Origin: Candidatus Limnocylindrales bacterium
GTDB lineage: Bacteria; Moduliflexota; Moduliflexia; Moduliflexales; JAUQPW01
Assembly: GCA_035559535.1 (NCBI GenBank)
Contig: DATMBG010000051.1
Location: forward strand, 434,001-498,000
Direction: 5' to 3'
Length of the DNA: 64,000 bases
Below the pieces are notes generated by a model. The model ran no database searches, was not told the origin of the DNA, and saw only the letters and a program-made list of their open reading frames with translations. Of this stretch, positions 1 through 9,696 are shown in pieces (positions within the stretch are counted from its first letter, which is position 1; every line of letters begins with the position of its first letter). Position numbers and translations under genes: made by a program.

Positions 1-845
1 GGTGGAGGCCTTAAAGATTCTACCTTTGTAACCAGATTTTGATCGATTGGGTCCAGGACAAAAATATCGAGGAAATCCTGATAGAGTTGAGCGACCTGAT
101 AAGCCGAGACTTCAAGACCCAGTCCTCGCATCAACTTATCTGCCGGACCCTTTAGGGGGGCCCCACCAACAAGGGGGCTGATAGCTGCAATCCTGGCCTG
201 AGTTTTCCGTAAAGCTTCCCGAACTCCCCTCACGGCTAAAATGGGTCCAATACTGATGATGGGATTGCTGGGACAGAGGATGATACCCTTTGCCTGCAAA
301 ATTGCTTCTAATACCCCCGGAGCCGGATCCGCATCCTCTATACCTCTAAATTGAACGCCTTTCACAGGATCTTGCATTTTGCGCTGAACCAAATATTCTT
401 GAAAATGAAGGATTCCCTGATCTGTCAAGATCAGGGTAGGAACCGGCTGATTCGTCATGGGAAGGATACGAACTTCGAGGTTAAAGGCCCGACGAATCGA
501 GTCGGTAATCTGAGAGAGACTCCATCCCTGTCTGAGTAAATGGGTTCGGTAAATGTGCGTCGCAAAGTCCCGATCTCCCAACATAAACCAGGTAGCATGA
601 CCATACTTCCCCAGCATATCCAGGCAATGAAAACTATCCCCCTGGATACCCCAACCCTTAGATTCATCTACAATTCCGGCCAGGGTATAGATAACAATAT
701 CGATATCCGGAGAGATATGTAAACCGTGGAGTTCGATATCATCTCCGGTATTAACAATGACGGTAATCTCTTGCGGAGCCACGACCTGAACCAAACCTTG
801 CAGAAATCGAGCGGCTCCCACCCCACCAGCAAGTACTGTAATCAT
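1..845 (-). CDS. cofD: 2-phospho-L-lactate transferase (F420 biosynthesis), 3' end outside window
   Basis: Absent from the ORF track. Manual translation from ATG at 845: MITVLAGGVGAARFLQGL...VNTGDDIELHGLHISPDIDIVIYTLAG...WFMLGDRDFATHIYRT, which carries the CofD motifs (GGVG, NTGDD, SPDxD, LGDRD). Confidence 0.93.
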   Translation of the reverse strand, partial: MITVLAGGVGAARFLQGLVQVVAPQEITVIVNTGDDIELHGLHISPDIDIVIYTLAGIVDESKGWGIQGDSFHCLDMLGKYGHATWFMLGDRDFATHIYRTHLLRQGWSLSQITDSIRRAFNLEVRILPMTNQPVPTLILTDQGILHFQEYLVQRKMQDPVKGVQFRGIEDADPAPGVLEAILQAKGIILCPSNPIISIGPILAVRGVREALRKTQARIAAISPLVGGAPLKGPADKLMRGLGLEVSAYQVAQLYQDFLDIFVLDPIDQNLVTKVESLRPP

Positions 846-947
846 ACAACCAGTATAGGGGCTCAGAGAATTTAAATCAAGGGAGTTATTTTTGTTATCC
901 TTGATAGGGAACTTTATTCCAGGCGATTCCTTTGGTTACGGGTACTA

Positions 948-975
948 GTACAGGTGACCGGCCGGTCACCCCTAC
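948..975. repeat. GTAG-type REP-like palindrome
   Basis: gtacaggtgaccggccggtcacccctac; same family as 1560, 3190, 6390, 20344, 23670, 54279, 55095. Confidence 0.85.
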
Positions 976-1067
976 AGTTTTCTTTAAATATTAGACTTGA
1001 CAGTTCTTGAAGTGATTCTTATGTAAGTACAAAGGGGTTGAAAGAGAAGTTCTTCAAGGAGGCAGAT

Positions 1068-1181
1068 ATGGTTTCAAAGAAGGAACTATGGGGTAGAATC
1101 CTGTTTTTGTTAGGCGTGTTGGCCTTAAGTTTCACCCTGGCTATTGCCATTTTTATCGGATTGATAAAATGGTGGACTTAG
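1068..1181 (+). CDS. 37-aa single-pass small membrane protein
   Basis: AAGGAGG RBS, then MVSKKELWGRILFLLGVLALSFTLAIAIFIGLIKWWT*; TTGACA at 997-1002; stop lies 4 nt before the atl start. Confidence 0.7.
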   Translation: MVSKKELWGRILFLLGVLALSFTLAIAIFIGLIKWWT

Positions 1182-1185
1182 AAAT

Positions 1186-1524
1186 ATGAATTTTTATCAA
1201 CAGGTCTATGAGTTGGTTTTACAGATTCCGCCTGGAAAAGTGGCTACCTATGGTCAGATTGCAACCCTTCTGGGCCGTCCCCATGCCGCCCGTGCGGTAG
1301 GTTATGCCCTCCATCTGGCTCCGGACCATTTAAAAGTTCCCTGGCAACGAGTTATTAACTCCCAAGGGAAGATAAGCCCAAGATCGTCCTTAGATATGCC
1401 CCATGAACCCCTTATTCAAAGAATGCTGTTAGAAGCCGAAGGCGTAGTTTTTGACAAAACCGGACGTGTGGATTTAGAAAAGTATTTATGGGAAGGTAAA
1501 AAGAAGATAGGACGCGGGGAATAG
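1186..1524 (+). CDS. atl: Alkyltransferase-like (ATL/MGMT family) protein
   Basis: IPPGKVATYGQIA, ARAVG and PWQRV (Trp in place of the MGMT catalytic Cys). Confidence 0.9.
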   Translation: MNFYQQVYELVLQIPPGKVATYGQIATLLGRPHAARAVGYALHLAPDHLKVPWQRVINSQGKISPRSSLDMPHEPLIQRMLLEAEGVVFDKTGRVDLEKYLWEGKKKIGRGE

Positions 1525-1559
1525 AGACGCGGGGACGCGGGGAAATGGGGACAGGGAGA

Positions 1560-1588
1560 GTATGGGCGACCGGCCGGTCGCCCCTTAC
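1560..1588. repeat. GTAG-type REP-like palindrome within 8-mer tandem repeats (gacgcggg)
   Basis: gtatgggcgaccggccggtcgccccttac between convergent genes. Confidence 0.85.
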
Positions 1589-1681
1589 AGGGATCTAAAT
1601 TAACGATTCGCCGTATGATATAAAGACACGGGAATAGAAAACCATGGTAAATGTCCCTGCGTCCCCGTGTTCCATATCCCC

Positions 1682-2629
1682 TCAATTTTCCTTATCCTCG
1701 CCGGAAGGTTCTTCCGAACCTTGAGGGGAAGAACGCTGGGAACGAGAAGAAGAGAGGGTAGCCAGTTTCTCCAGTTGGGAGGGCGTGAGGACCTCTCTGG
1801 ATTTGATGATAAAGTCTGCGCGGAGTTGGGCCTGCTCTTTCTTTGCCTGGATAAGTTCCTGGGTTATTTTTTCTACCTGCTTTTGATCTGTCGTCGGTTG
1901 GATAAAGAGATCCCTCAATTCCCCGGTCAGAGATTGAACTCTGTTATCGATTTCGCGTCGTTTTGGGATAAACTCCCTAAGAATCCCGCCCAATTTAGTC
2001 AGTTGATCGGAAGTTAAATCCAAATCCTTCCAGCGTTTTGCAAAATCGGATGCCAGAAACGGGAGCTTATCTACCTGGGCAGGGGTCAGAATTTTCTTAA
2101 TCTCTAAGAGATTTCGAAGGGCCAACTGGATCAACTGAGATTCCAGTTCCAGGATTTGATCGGTCAGTTCCCTAATTTTATCGGGATTTAATGGGGCTTT
2201 AGAGATCGTATCCCCTAAATCGGCTTTGGCAAATCGGAGTTTTTCGCGGAGTGTTGAAGTTGCAATCACAAATTCTCTTCGTTTCTGCCTGATCTGGGCT
2301 TTTTGTTCCGGAGAAAGATCTAGAGCACTCCAATCCAATCTAAATCTGAAGGGACCGGGCGCATCTTGTTGCCAGGATTTGCCCTTTTCTTGAGATGATT
2401 CCGGAAGATCTTCCTTTGGTTTCCTCTTCTGCCCGGGCTCATTTCTGGAGAGATAATTTTCGGAATCGGATGGGATTTCACCTCCTTTTTCCTTTTCTCC
2501 GGCCATGAGAAGGGGGTCTGAGGATTCCTTCACCCAGGTTGTAACAGACCGATGGCTAAAAACAGGAATACCGGCCAACACTAAAACTAGACCCACAAAC
2601 AGCCCTATACATAATTTTTTATTTTTCAT
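1682..2629 (-). CDS. Periplasmic Spy/CpxP/ZraP-like protein, two tandem domains
   Basis: N-terminal signal/TM; two LDL(S/T)x(E/D)Q...LTPxQ helical modules; downstream of the ECF sigma/anti-sigma pair. Confidence 0.75.
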   Translation of the reverse strand: MKNKKLCIGLFVGLVLVLAGIPVFSHRSVTTWVKESSDPLLMAGEKEKGGEIPSDSENYLSRNEPGQKRKPKEDLPESSQEKGKSWQQDAPGPFRFRLDWSALDLSPEQKAQIRQKRREFVIATSTLREKLRFAKADLGDTISKAPLNPDKIRELTDQILELESQLIQLALRNLLEIKKILTPAQVDKLPFLASDFAKRWKDLDLTSDQLTKLGGILREFIPKRREIDNRVQSLTGELRDLFIQPTTDQKQVEKITQELIQAKKEQAQLRADFIIKSREVLTPSQLEKLATLSSSRSQRSSPQGSEEPSGEDKEN

Positions 2630-2632
2630 AAC

Positions 2633-3160
2633 TTACCCTCCTGAGTCAGGCTCCTCGAAAAGATCATCAAAAGGAGTGGCTTCTAAGTTAAACGAAATCA
2701 GTTCCTCTCCTTGCCTAGAATGGTGGAGTGGCTCAAATAAAATATCTTCCGCATAAAGTTCCTCTAATTGGGAAGATTGAACCTGAGCCGTATTTACAAA
2801 CGGTTTCATCGGTTGATATTTTAAAAAAATAGATGTACCTCCGATAACTAAAATCAGCCAGAGGAAGGCATAAACCAGAGACTGGGGAAGTTGTTCCGAA
2901 GTCCAGACTTTGATACGATACCAGAAAGATGAGGCTTGCCGAGCCGTAGCTAATTTAGCACTTAAACGACCTCTGAAACCTAAAGCGGGTTCTTTGACTT
3001 CCAAATAACGAAATAACTCTTTGAGGCGATGAAGTTGATTAAGCTCGGCTGAACAGTTTTGACAGGTCGTCAAATGGGACTCCACCTCAACCCGTTCCTT
3101 TGGATCTACTTCTCCATCTACATAAGCTGAGAGGAGTATTTTAAAATTGTCACAATTCAT
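2633..3160 (-). CDS. Zinc-binding (ZAS/zf-HC2) anti-sigma factor
   Basis: MNC...LSAYVDGE...HLTTCQNC (HxxxCxxC) and one TM helix. Confidence 0.9.
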   Translation of the reverse strand: MNCDNFKILLSAYVDGEVDPKERVEVESHLTTCQNCSAELNQLHRLKELFRYLEVKEPALGFRGRLSAKLATARQASSFWYRIKVWTSEQLPQSLVYAFLWLILVIGGTSIFLKYQPMKPFVNTAQVQSSQLEELYAEDILFEPLHHSRQGEELISFNLEATPFDDLFEEPDSGG

Positions 3161-3189
3161 ATCTGTCTGAGAAATGAAAGATGAAAGAT

Positions 3190-3217
3190 GTAGGGACTAC
3201 CGGCCGGTCGCCCGTAC
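3190..3217. repeat. GTAG-type REP-like palindrome
   Basis: gtagggactaccggccggtcgcccgtac, preceded by (tgaaaga)n heptamers. Confidence 0.8.
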
Positions 3218-3236
3218 AACCCTTCTTCATCCTCCA

Positions 3237-3872
3237 TCATTGCAAATATTCCCTTAATTCTTCCTTTAAAAGTTCCCGAGCCCTGAATATTCTCGACTTA
3301 ACAGTTCCGACAGAGCACTTTAAAGTTTGTGCAATTTCCTCATAGGATAAACCCTGGATCTCTCTAAGCATAATGGCTACTTTATAATCCGGTGAGAGAT
3401 GATCCATTGCTTTTTGTAAAACCCTCTCCAGTTCTTTTTCTTCAAGGGATCGAATCGGATTATTTCCTGAAGAAGTTGTATACAACGCTTCGGCTTCTAT
3501 TTTTGGATTATCTTCTAAGTCGACCTCTTTAACCCGTCTCCTTTTGCGGATCTCATCATAGTAAAGATTAATAACAATGCGATGCAGCCAACTTTTAAAC
3601 TGTTTGGCTTCCTTAAGCATCGAAATGGATTTATAAACTCTTATGAAGACTTCTTGTGCTAAATCATCTACGTCTCTCCAATTAGGAGCCAAACGATAAA
3701 TAAAATTATAAACCAGCTTTTGATATCTCTGGACCAGTAAATTAAAAGCCTGATGATCGCCATCTTGACACCGTCTGATGATCGTTTCTTCGGAAATAGT
3801 ATCCGGCAGATTTTCCGACATGGAACTTATATAGTCCGGGAAACCTGTTTTCATGTGACCATAGGGCTTCAC
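3237..3872 (-). CDS. ECF RNA polymerase sigma factor (RpoE-like); true start may be a downstream Met
   Basis: DDLAQEVFIRVY, FKSWLHRI, LSYEEIAQTLKCSVGTVKSRIFRAR. Confidence 0.93.
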   Translation of the reverse strand: MKPYGHMKTGFPDYISSMSENLPDTISEETIIRRCQDGDHQAFNLLVQRYQKLVYNFIYRLAPNWRDVDDLAQEVFIRVYKSISMLKEAKQFKSWLHRIVINLYYDEIRKRRRVKEVDLEDNPKIEAEALYTTSSGNNPIRSLEEKELERVLQKAMDHLSPDYKVAIMLREIQGLSYEEIAQTLKCSVGTVKSRIFRARELLKEELREYLQ

Positions 3873-4011
3873 TCTGTGAATAAAGACGTAACTATGTTAA
3901 AAAAGTTCCTCTTTGAAATTTACCATTCCTTTTTCCCGGAAAGGTTAAAAGGCTTCTCCCGATATTTTTCACAGAGTTCCCCCGCGTCACCTTCAGGCTT
4001 CTGTATAAAGC

Positions 4012-4048
4012 TTGACAAGATACCCGGCTAAAATTAACATGTTATAAT
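4012..4048 (+). promoter_or_regulatory. sigma70-type promoter of the HD-GYP gene
   Basis: TTGACA(4012)-17 nt-TAACAT(4035); overlapping extended -10 TGTTATAAT at 4040-4048. Confidence 0.6.
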
Positions 4049-4069
4049 TAATTCAGTTTAACCGATAAT

Positions 4070-4774
4070 TTGCAGAAAATTCAAGGGGTTTATAACATGA
4101 AAGACAAAAATCCTATGGATCAGGAGACGGCGCTGTTAACTCAGTTAAAAAAAGAGAACGAAGCTTTAAAAAAAGAAATTCAGACTCTGCAAGGAGAAGT
4201 CCAGGAATATAATGACTTTATGAAAAGTTTAGTTAAGATTCTGGACGGCAAATCGGGCTTTATGCAGAGTTATGTGGACCGTACGGTTACCCAGGCCATG
4301 GAGATAGGGAAAGCCATAGGACTCTCCGAAGAAGATCTACGTATACTTAGAAAGGCTGTTTTATTTCGAGACTTGGGAAAGATAAAAATCCCGGAAGCTA
4401 TCTTGAATAAACCCGGTAAATTAACCGAAGAAGAAAGTACCATCATGAAGAAACATCCTCAATTCAGTGCAGAAATCATAGCCGAATTAAAGAGCAGGCA
4501 TAGGGATAAGCTTATCAGAGCCGTTCAGGAACATCACGAACGGGTTGATGGTAAAGGCTATCCCCAGGGTAAGAAAGGCTCAGAAATCTCTCTCCTGGCC
4601 AAAATTATAGCCATTGTTGACTTCTGGAACGCAATTGTTTCTGATAGACCCTATCGGAAGGGTCTCCCCCTTTCGGAGGCCTTAAGCCTGATAAAAGTTG
4701 CAGCCGGATCCCATTTGGATCCAGATCTGGTCAGGGTCTTCATAGAAAAAGGGATTTATTCTAGGGAGGCTTAA
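4070..4774 (+). CDS. Coiled-coil + degenerate HD-GYP domain protein (probable start ATG 4097)
   Basis: HHERVDGKGYPQG and DRPYRK present, but the HD motif reads RD (LFRDLGK). Confidence 0.88.
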   Translation: MQKIQGVYNMKDKNPMDQETALLTQLKKENEALKKEIQTLQGEVQEYNDFMKSLVKILDGKSGFMQSYVDRTVTQAMEIGKAIGLSEEDLRILRKAVLFRDLGKIKIPEAILNKPGKLTEEESTIMKKHPQFSAEIIAELKSRHRDKLIRAVQEHHERVDGKGYPQGKKGSEISLLAKIIAIVDFWNAIVSDRPYRKGLPLSEALSLIKVAAGSHLDPDLVRVFIEKGIYSREA

Positions 4775-5748
4775 TTTTCCTGCTCAACCACGTCCAGGTC
4801 TTTGACTTTTGACTCCTGTACTTCAAGCTCCGCAAAATATTTTCTGGTGATTTCTACATCCTTGCCAATTTGCCTGACGAGCTCATCGACACTTGAAAAG
4901 GCAATTTCGTCGCGAATTCGCTTGTAGAAGATAATTTTGATTCGTTCACCGTAAATGTCTTGATCAAAATCCAAAATATGAACTTCGACACTGAATTTCT
5001 CGTTAGGAAAAGTGGGGTTAAAGCCTATGTTTAAAGCTCCTTTAAACATTTTATTCCGCCATAGAACACCTACGATATAAATCCCTTCTTTGGGAATAAG
5101 TTCGTGGTGAAGTTTTAAATTGGCCGTCGGAAATCCCAATTTTTTACCTAAGGCCTTACCCTGAATAACCTCTCCATCGATGGAGTATCTTCTGTTGAGA
5201 AGCAGAGCGGCCTCTTCTACATTCCCTTCTTTTAAGAGTTTTCGAATCCGGGTACTGCTCACCGGTTTCCCTTTGATCTGAACCGGAGGGACCACTACCA
5301 CCTTAAATCCGAACTTCTCTCCCAGGTATTTTAACTCCTGGGTATCCCCCTCTCTTCCTTTTCCAAAGGTACTATCGTAGCCCACATAGACTTCCTGGAC
5401 CCCAAGCTGTTCGTGAAGAATTTCTTTAACAAATTCATAGGAACTTTTATTGGCAAACTCCCGGGTGAACCTGGCGCAAATAACCACATCGATCCCGATC
5501 TTTTCTATTATTTGAATCTTTTCTTCCAGGGTATTAAGCAAAAAAAACTCTTTTTCCGGGAATAAAACTTTTTGAGGGTGGGGATCAAAGGTCAGAACGA
5601 TGGAAGTGCCACCAACTTCCCGGGCGCGGTTCCGGACCAGCTCAAAGATCTTCTGATGGCCGAGATGTACCCCATCAAAATTTCCCATAGTTAATATGGG
5701 ACAGGTGAATCTTTCTTGAACGTTTTCCAGTCCTTTGATGATTTTCAT
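4771..5748 (-). CDS. ribF: Bifunctional riboflavin kinase/FAD synthetase
   Basis: GNFDGVHLGHQ, VSSTRIR, LGFPTAN, VEVHILDF. Confidence 0.97.
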   Translation of the reverse strand: MKIIKGLENVQERFTCPILTMGNFDGVHLGHQKIFELVRNRAREVGGTSIVLTFDPHPQKVLFPEKEFFLLNTLEEKIQIIEKIGIDVVICARFTREFANKSSYEFVKEILHEQLGVQEVYVGYDSTFGKGREGDTQELKYLGEKFGFKVVVVPPVQIKGKPVSSTRIRKLLKEGNVEEAALLLNRRYSIDGEVIQGKALGKKLGFPTANLKLHHELIPKEGIYIVGVLWRNKMFKGALNIGFNPTFPNEKFSVEVHILDFDQDIYGERIKIIFYKRIRDEIAFSSVDELVRQIGKDVEITRKYFAELEVQESKVKDLDVVEQEN

Positions 5749-5775
5749 GGGAGAAGACAGGTATCCTTTTATGGG

Positions 5776-6867
5776 CTAGGCCAGGTTTTCCGCGATCACA
5801 TCTCCCATCTCTTGGGTTCCCAAGATCCGGGTTCCTTCCTGGGCAATATCCTGGGTTCGATATCCTTTCTCCAAAGCCGTTAAGATGGCCCTTTCTATGC
5901 GAGTTGCTTCATTTTCTAAATGAAGCGAATAACGTAACATGAGGGCGGCAGAAGCAATGGCCGCAATAGGGTTTGCTTTGTTTTTCCCGGCTATATCCGG
6001 AGCACTTCCGTGGATAGGTTCATAGAAACCTATCTTACCCCCGATACTGGCAGAAGGAAGCATGCCAATGGAGCCTGTTAGCATGGCGGCTTCATCGCTG
6101 AGAATATCCCCAAACATGTTCTCAGTAACAATGACATCAAATTGTTTGGGAGATCGAATCAATTGCATGGCACAGTTATCCACGTAGAGATGCTCGACGG
6201 TCACGTCGGGATAATCCCTGGCTACTTCGGTTACGGTTCTTCTCCAGAGTTGCATTGTCTCCAAAACATTAGCTTTGTCAACAGAGGTCAAGATTTTACG
6301 GCGCTTTCTGGCTATCTCAAAGGCCAGTTTGGCAATCCGTCGTATCTCTGAAGCCGTATACACCAGGGTATTTAATCCTCGCTCTTCATGTACGGGCGAC
6401 CCACCGGTCGCCCCTACAATTTCGATTCCTCTGGGGTTTCCAAAATAAATCCCTCCGGTAAGTTCCCGCACGACCAGAATATCCACCCCTTCCACGATTT
6501 CTCGCTTTAAAGGAGAAGCATCCACCAATGCTGGGTAAACTTTAACAGGTCGGAGGTTTGCGTAAAGTCCCAGAGTCTGCCGGATATCCAGCAAGGCTTT
6601 TTCTGGACGAAGATGGTAAGCCACGTCATTCCATTTAGGGCCTCCTACAGCTCCAAATAAGATGGCATCGCTGTTCAAGCAGGTCTCTAAGGTCTCTGGG
6701 GGTAGAGGAACCCCGACCTCATCAATAGCTGCACCCCCCACCAAACACTCGGTAAATATAAACTCCTGGGACCCTTTTAACTTAAGGGCCTTTAATACTT
6801 TCACAGCTTCGGCAATAACTTCCCGCCCCACTCCATCTCCGGGTAATACGGCTATTTTGTAGGCCAT
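5776..6867 (-). CDS. leuB: 3-isopropylmalate dehydrogenase
   Basis: [41 protein letters not shown]. Confidence 0.97.
   Translation of the reverse strand: MAYKIAVLPGDGVGREVIAEAVKVLKALKLKGSQEFIFTECLVGGAAIDEVGVPLPPETLETCLNSDAILFGAVGGPKWNDVAYHLRPEKALLDIRQTLGLYANLRPVKVYPALVDASPLKREIVEGVDILVVRELTGGIYFGNPRGIEIVGATGGSPVHEERGLNTLVYTASEIRRIAKLAFEIARKRRKILTSVDKANVLETMQLWRRTVTEVARDYPDVTVEHLYVDNCAMQLIRSPKQFDVIVTENMFGDILSDEAAMLTGSIGMLPSASIGGKIGFYEPIHGSAPDIAGKNKANPIAAIASAALMLRYSLHLENEATRIERAILTALEKGYRTQDIAQEGTRILGTQEMGDVIAENLA
6390..6417. repeat. REP-like palindrome read in-frame inside leuB
   Basis: gtacgggcgacccaccggtcgcccctac, translated as VGATGGSPV(H). Confidence 0.85.
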
Positions 6868-9590
6868 TACTTTGTTGTCCGTTGTCCGTTGTCTATTTTC
6901 TGTTGTTCCGTACCATGAATAATGGACAACCGACGGCGGACAAGTTCCAGTTCATCTTCCTTTGTTTCTACTTTTCCATCTAACCGGGCCTCCAGTATCT
7001 CATCCAGGATTTGGTGGAAAACAGGACCCGGTTTAAGTCCCAAATTAATCAGGTCCTGGCCGGTAATTAAAGGTTTGATTCCCCGTAGTTTACTCATGTA
7101 AGCCGAGATAGCCCTCTTAATTGGATCGTTTTTTGTTTTGGCCATGATGAACAGAAGAATTTCTGTTGGGATCGGCTTAAAAATACGGTAAATCTCGCTA
7201 TTTTTTAAAGTCTCTCGGGTTTCGTCATGGAGTTGGGTTGATCCCTCTGAGAGATTTGAGAACTTCTGTTCCACAACCTGATACCAGGTCTTATAAGTTC
7301 GGAGTAACCGGACGGCTTTGGCCGGTAGAGCCAGCCGTTTTATGAGTTCTTCTATTTGGGTCGAGGATAGAGGATCCACCAATCCAAGAAAGTAAACCAG
7401 CCAGGTGTCTATTTTAGGCAGGTAAAGGAGTTCGTACCAGGCGATTGCAGCTCGAATACCCCGCAACAGGCTTTTGATTTCCTCTATGGAAGCATCCCGA
7501 CGGGAAGGATCTATCTTCAGGCCGGGATGGATCGCTTCCAGGAGATCCAGTTCTATCATTCTTTCCACAATACGAAGAACATTGACTTCCTGCAAGATCA
7601 AGAAAAGCTCTGTGAACAAACGTTTTCCGCTTAGCTTATCTATAAAATGCTTATGTACGGCATTTTTCAGGAGGTTTAGGGTAAATGGACTGATACGGAA
7701 ACCGAATCTCTGTTCAAACCGCACGGCCCTAAAGACCCGAGTCGGGTCCTCTACGAAGCTCAAACTGTGGAGAACCCGAATAACTTTATCTTTCAAATCC
7801 CGAAGGCCACCAAAGAAATCAAAAACTTTTCCGAATTCCCGCTGATTGAGCTTAATGGCCAGGGTATTGATGGTAAAATCTCGGCGGTATAAATCTAGTT
7901 TTAGAGAACTATGGGTAATGGTAGGCAAGGCAGCCGGGTATTCATAATGCTCGGTTCGTGCCGTAGCCATATCCAGTTTAAAGCCATCCGGGAATTTTAG
8001 TACAGCAGTTCCGAATTTAGGATGACTTTTGACCTGGGCCTGGTATTTTTCGGCCACCTTTTGCGCGAAAAGAATACCGTTTCCCTCCACCACGATATCT
8101 ATATCTAAATTTTCTTCAGCCCGCAGGAGTAAATCTCGAACGAATCCACCCACCACATAGGCCGAATAACCCATTTCGTCTGCAATCTGTCCGATTTCAT
8201 ATAAAAGCTGAAAAACCCTGGGAGGGAGCTGCTCCTGGAGGAGTTTCTCCAGGGATCTGCCATGGGTAACTTCTCGATCGCTGGTTGCCAGGGTTTTCTT
8301 GAGGGCACTTTCCTGAAGAACCTTGAGGATATCTGTCCGGGTTATAATACCCACAATTTTTTCGCCCTCAACAACCGGAATAATTTTTTGTGGATTCTGG
8401 CTCATAAGAAGCTCGATTTGGGAAAAGGGCGTATCGGGAGCTACAGTATAAATATCGGTGATCATATAATCCCCCACGCTTTCATTCTCCAATCCGTGAA
8501 AGATAGCCCGATAAACAATTTCACGGGTTATATATCCCAGGGGTTTTTCCTGATCCACCACAGGAAGGCTGTTAATAGAAAACCGATCCAGTAAGTCTTT
8601 GGCTTCGCTCAATCTGGCTTTCTGATCAATGGTAATGGCCGGCGTGGACATGATATACCTGGCCAGGTGAGCCGCTTGAATATGCCGACGTAAAACTGCC
8701 AGAAGCTGTTCCTCAGCTTGAGCCAGAGTCACATCCTTCAAGGTAGCCGACGCTGCCGTACGGTGGCCCCCTCCACCGAATTCCTGAGCAATTTTTCCCA
8801 CATCCACCGCTTCTATCCGACTCCGGGCGATAAGATAAACTTTCGATTCCATCATAATCAGAGCAAACACGACGTTTACCCCTTCCATATCCCGATATTT
8901 ATGAACCAGATAGGATATCTCTTCCACGTATCGGTCAAAAACCGCCTTGATGAGCACAATATCTATTCCCTCGATATGAAGGGTGGTAGAGGATTGGATG
9001 AGTTCATTTAGCAGAACAACCTGTTCTGGGGTAAGCTCCTTCTGGATATAATCGGATACCAGCGATAGGTCGGCTCCTTTAGATAAAAGATAAGCGACGG
9101 CCAGTAAATCTTTTTCTGTCGTATTGGGAAAGGTTAAACAGCCGGTATCTTCATAAATGCCCAAAGCCATCAGGGTCGCCTCTGCCGGTGTTATGGGAAG
9201 TCCTTTTTCTTTTAGAATGTGAACCAGGATCGTGGTGGTAGCTCCAACAGGTTCGATGATTTCCTTCTCTGCCTCGATATCTTTGTTTTCTATAGGATGA
9301 TGATCATAAATATGAATTTTTAAAGAAGGCTTATCCAGAATCTCCGCAAAGTCACCGATTCGTTTAGAACTGCTGGTATTGAGGATGATAAGCCGGGTTA
9401 TCTGATCCAGATCTAATTTTCGAAGCTTTTCACACTCTAAGGGAAATCCTGTTTGTTTCAAGAAATCCCGGACATTCTTCTCCTGTGAGCCTGAAAAGAC
9501 GATTTTAGCCTGTGGATAGAGCTTTTTTGCAGCGACCATGGAGGCAACGCTGTCAAAGTCAGCCGTTATGTGAGTAGTAATGACGTCCAT
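6867..9590 (-). CDS. cca: DHH-DHHA1-CBS-fused tRNA nucleotidyltransferase (CCA/A-adding type)
   Basis: YDHH, GGGGH, tandem CBS domains, [35 protein letters not shown]. Confidence 0.9.
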   Translation of the reverse strand: MDVITTHITADFDSVASMVAAKKLYPQAKIVFSGSQEKNVRDFLKQTGFPLECEKLRKLDLDQITRLIILNTSSSKRIGDFAEILDKPSLKIHIYDHHPIENKDIEAEKEIIEPVGATTTILVHILKEKGLPITPAEATLMALGIYEDTGCLTFPNTTEKDLLAVAYLLSKGADLSLVSDYIQKELTPEQVVLLNELIQSSTTLHIEGIDIVLIKAVFDRYVEEISYLVHKYRDMEGVNVVFALIMMESKVYLIARSRIEAVDVGKIAQEFGGGGHRTAASATLKDVTLAQAEEQLLAVLRRHIQAAHLARYIMSTPAITIDQKARLSEAKDLLDRFSINSLPVVDQEKPLGYITREIVYRAIFHGLENESVGDYMITDIYTVAPDTPFSQIELLMSQNPQKIIPVVEGEKIVGIITRTDILKVLQESALKKTLATSDREVTHGRSLEKLLQEQLPPRVFQLLYEIGQIADEMGYSAYVVGGFVRDLLLRAEENLDIDIVVEGNGILFAQKVAEKYQAQVKSHPKFGTAVLKFPDGFKLDMATARTEHYEYPAALPTITHSSLKLDLYRRDFTINTLAIKLNQREFGKVFDFFGGLRDLKDKVIRVLHSLSFVEDPTRVFRAVRFEQRFGFRISPFTLNLLKNAVHKHFIDKLSGKRLFTELFLILQEVNVLRIVERMIELDLLEAIHPGLKIDPSRRDASIEEIKSLLRGIRAAIAWYELLYLPKIDTWLVYFLGLVDPLSSTQIEELIKRLALPAKAVRLLRTYKTWYQVVEQKFSNLSEGSTQLHDETRETLKNSEIYRIFKPIPTEILLFIMAKTKNDPIKRAISAYMSKLRGIKPLITGQDLINLGLKPGPVFHQILDEILEARLDGKVETKEDELELVRRRLSIIHGTEQQKIDNGQRTTK

Positions 9591-9696
9591 TAAATTAAAA
9601 ATATGAGCAATTTCGGATCACGTCAATAAACAATAAAATAGAAACAGGCATCACATTCCAGGTTGGAAATCTTTCTCCTGGGACTCCCTGGGGTTT

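Noticed and set aside
351-722. Short ORFs at the window start
   Set aside because: Shadow frames of cofD.
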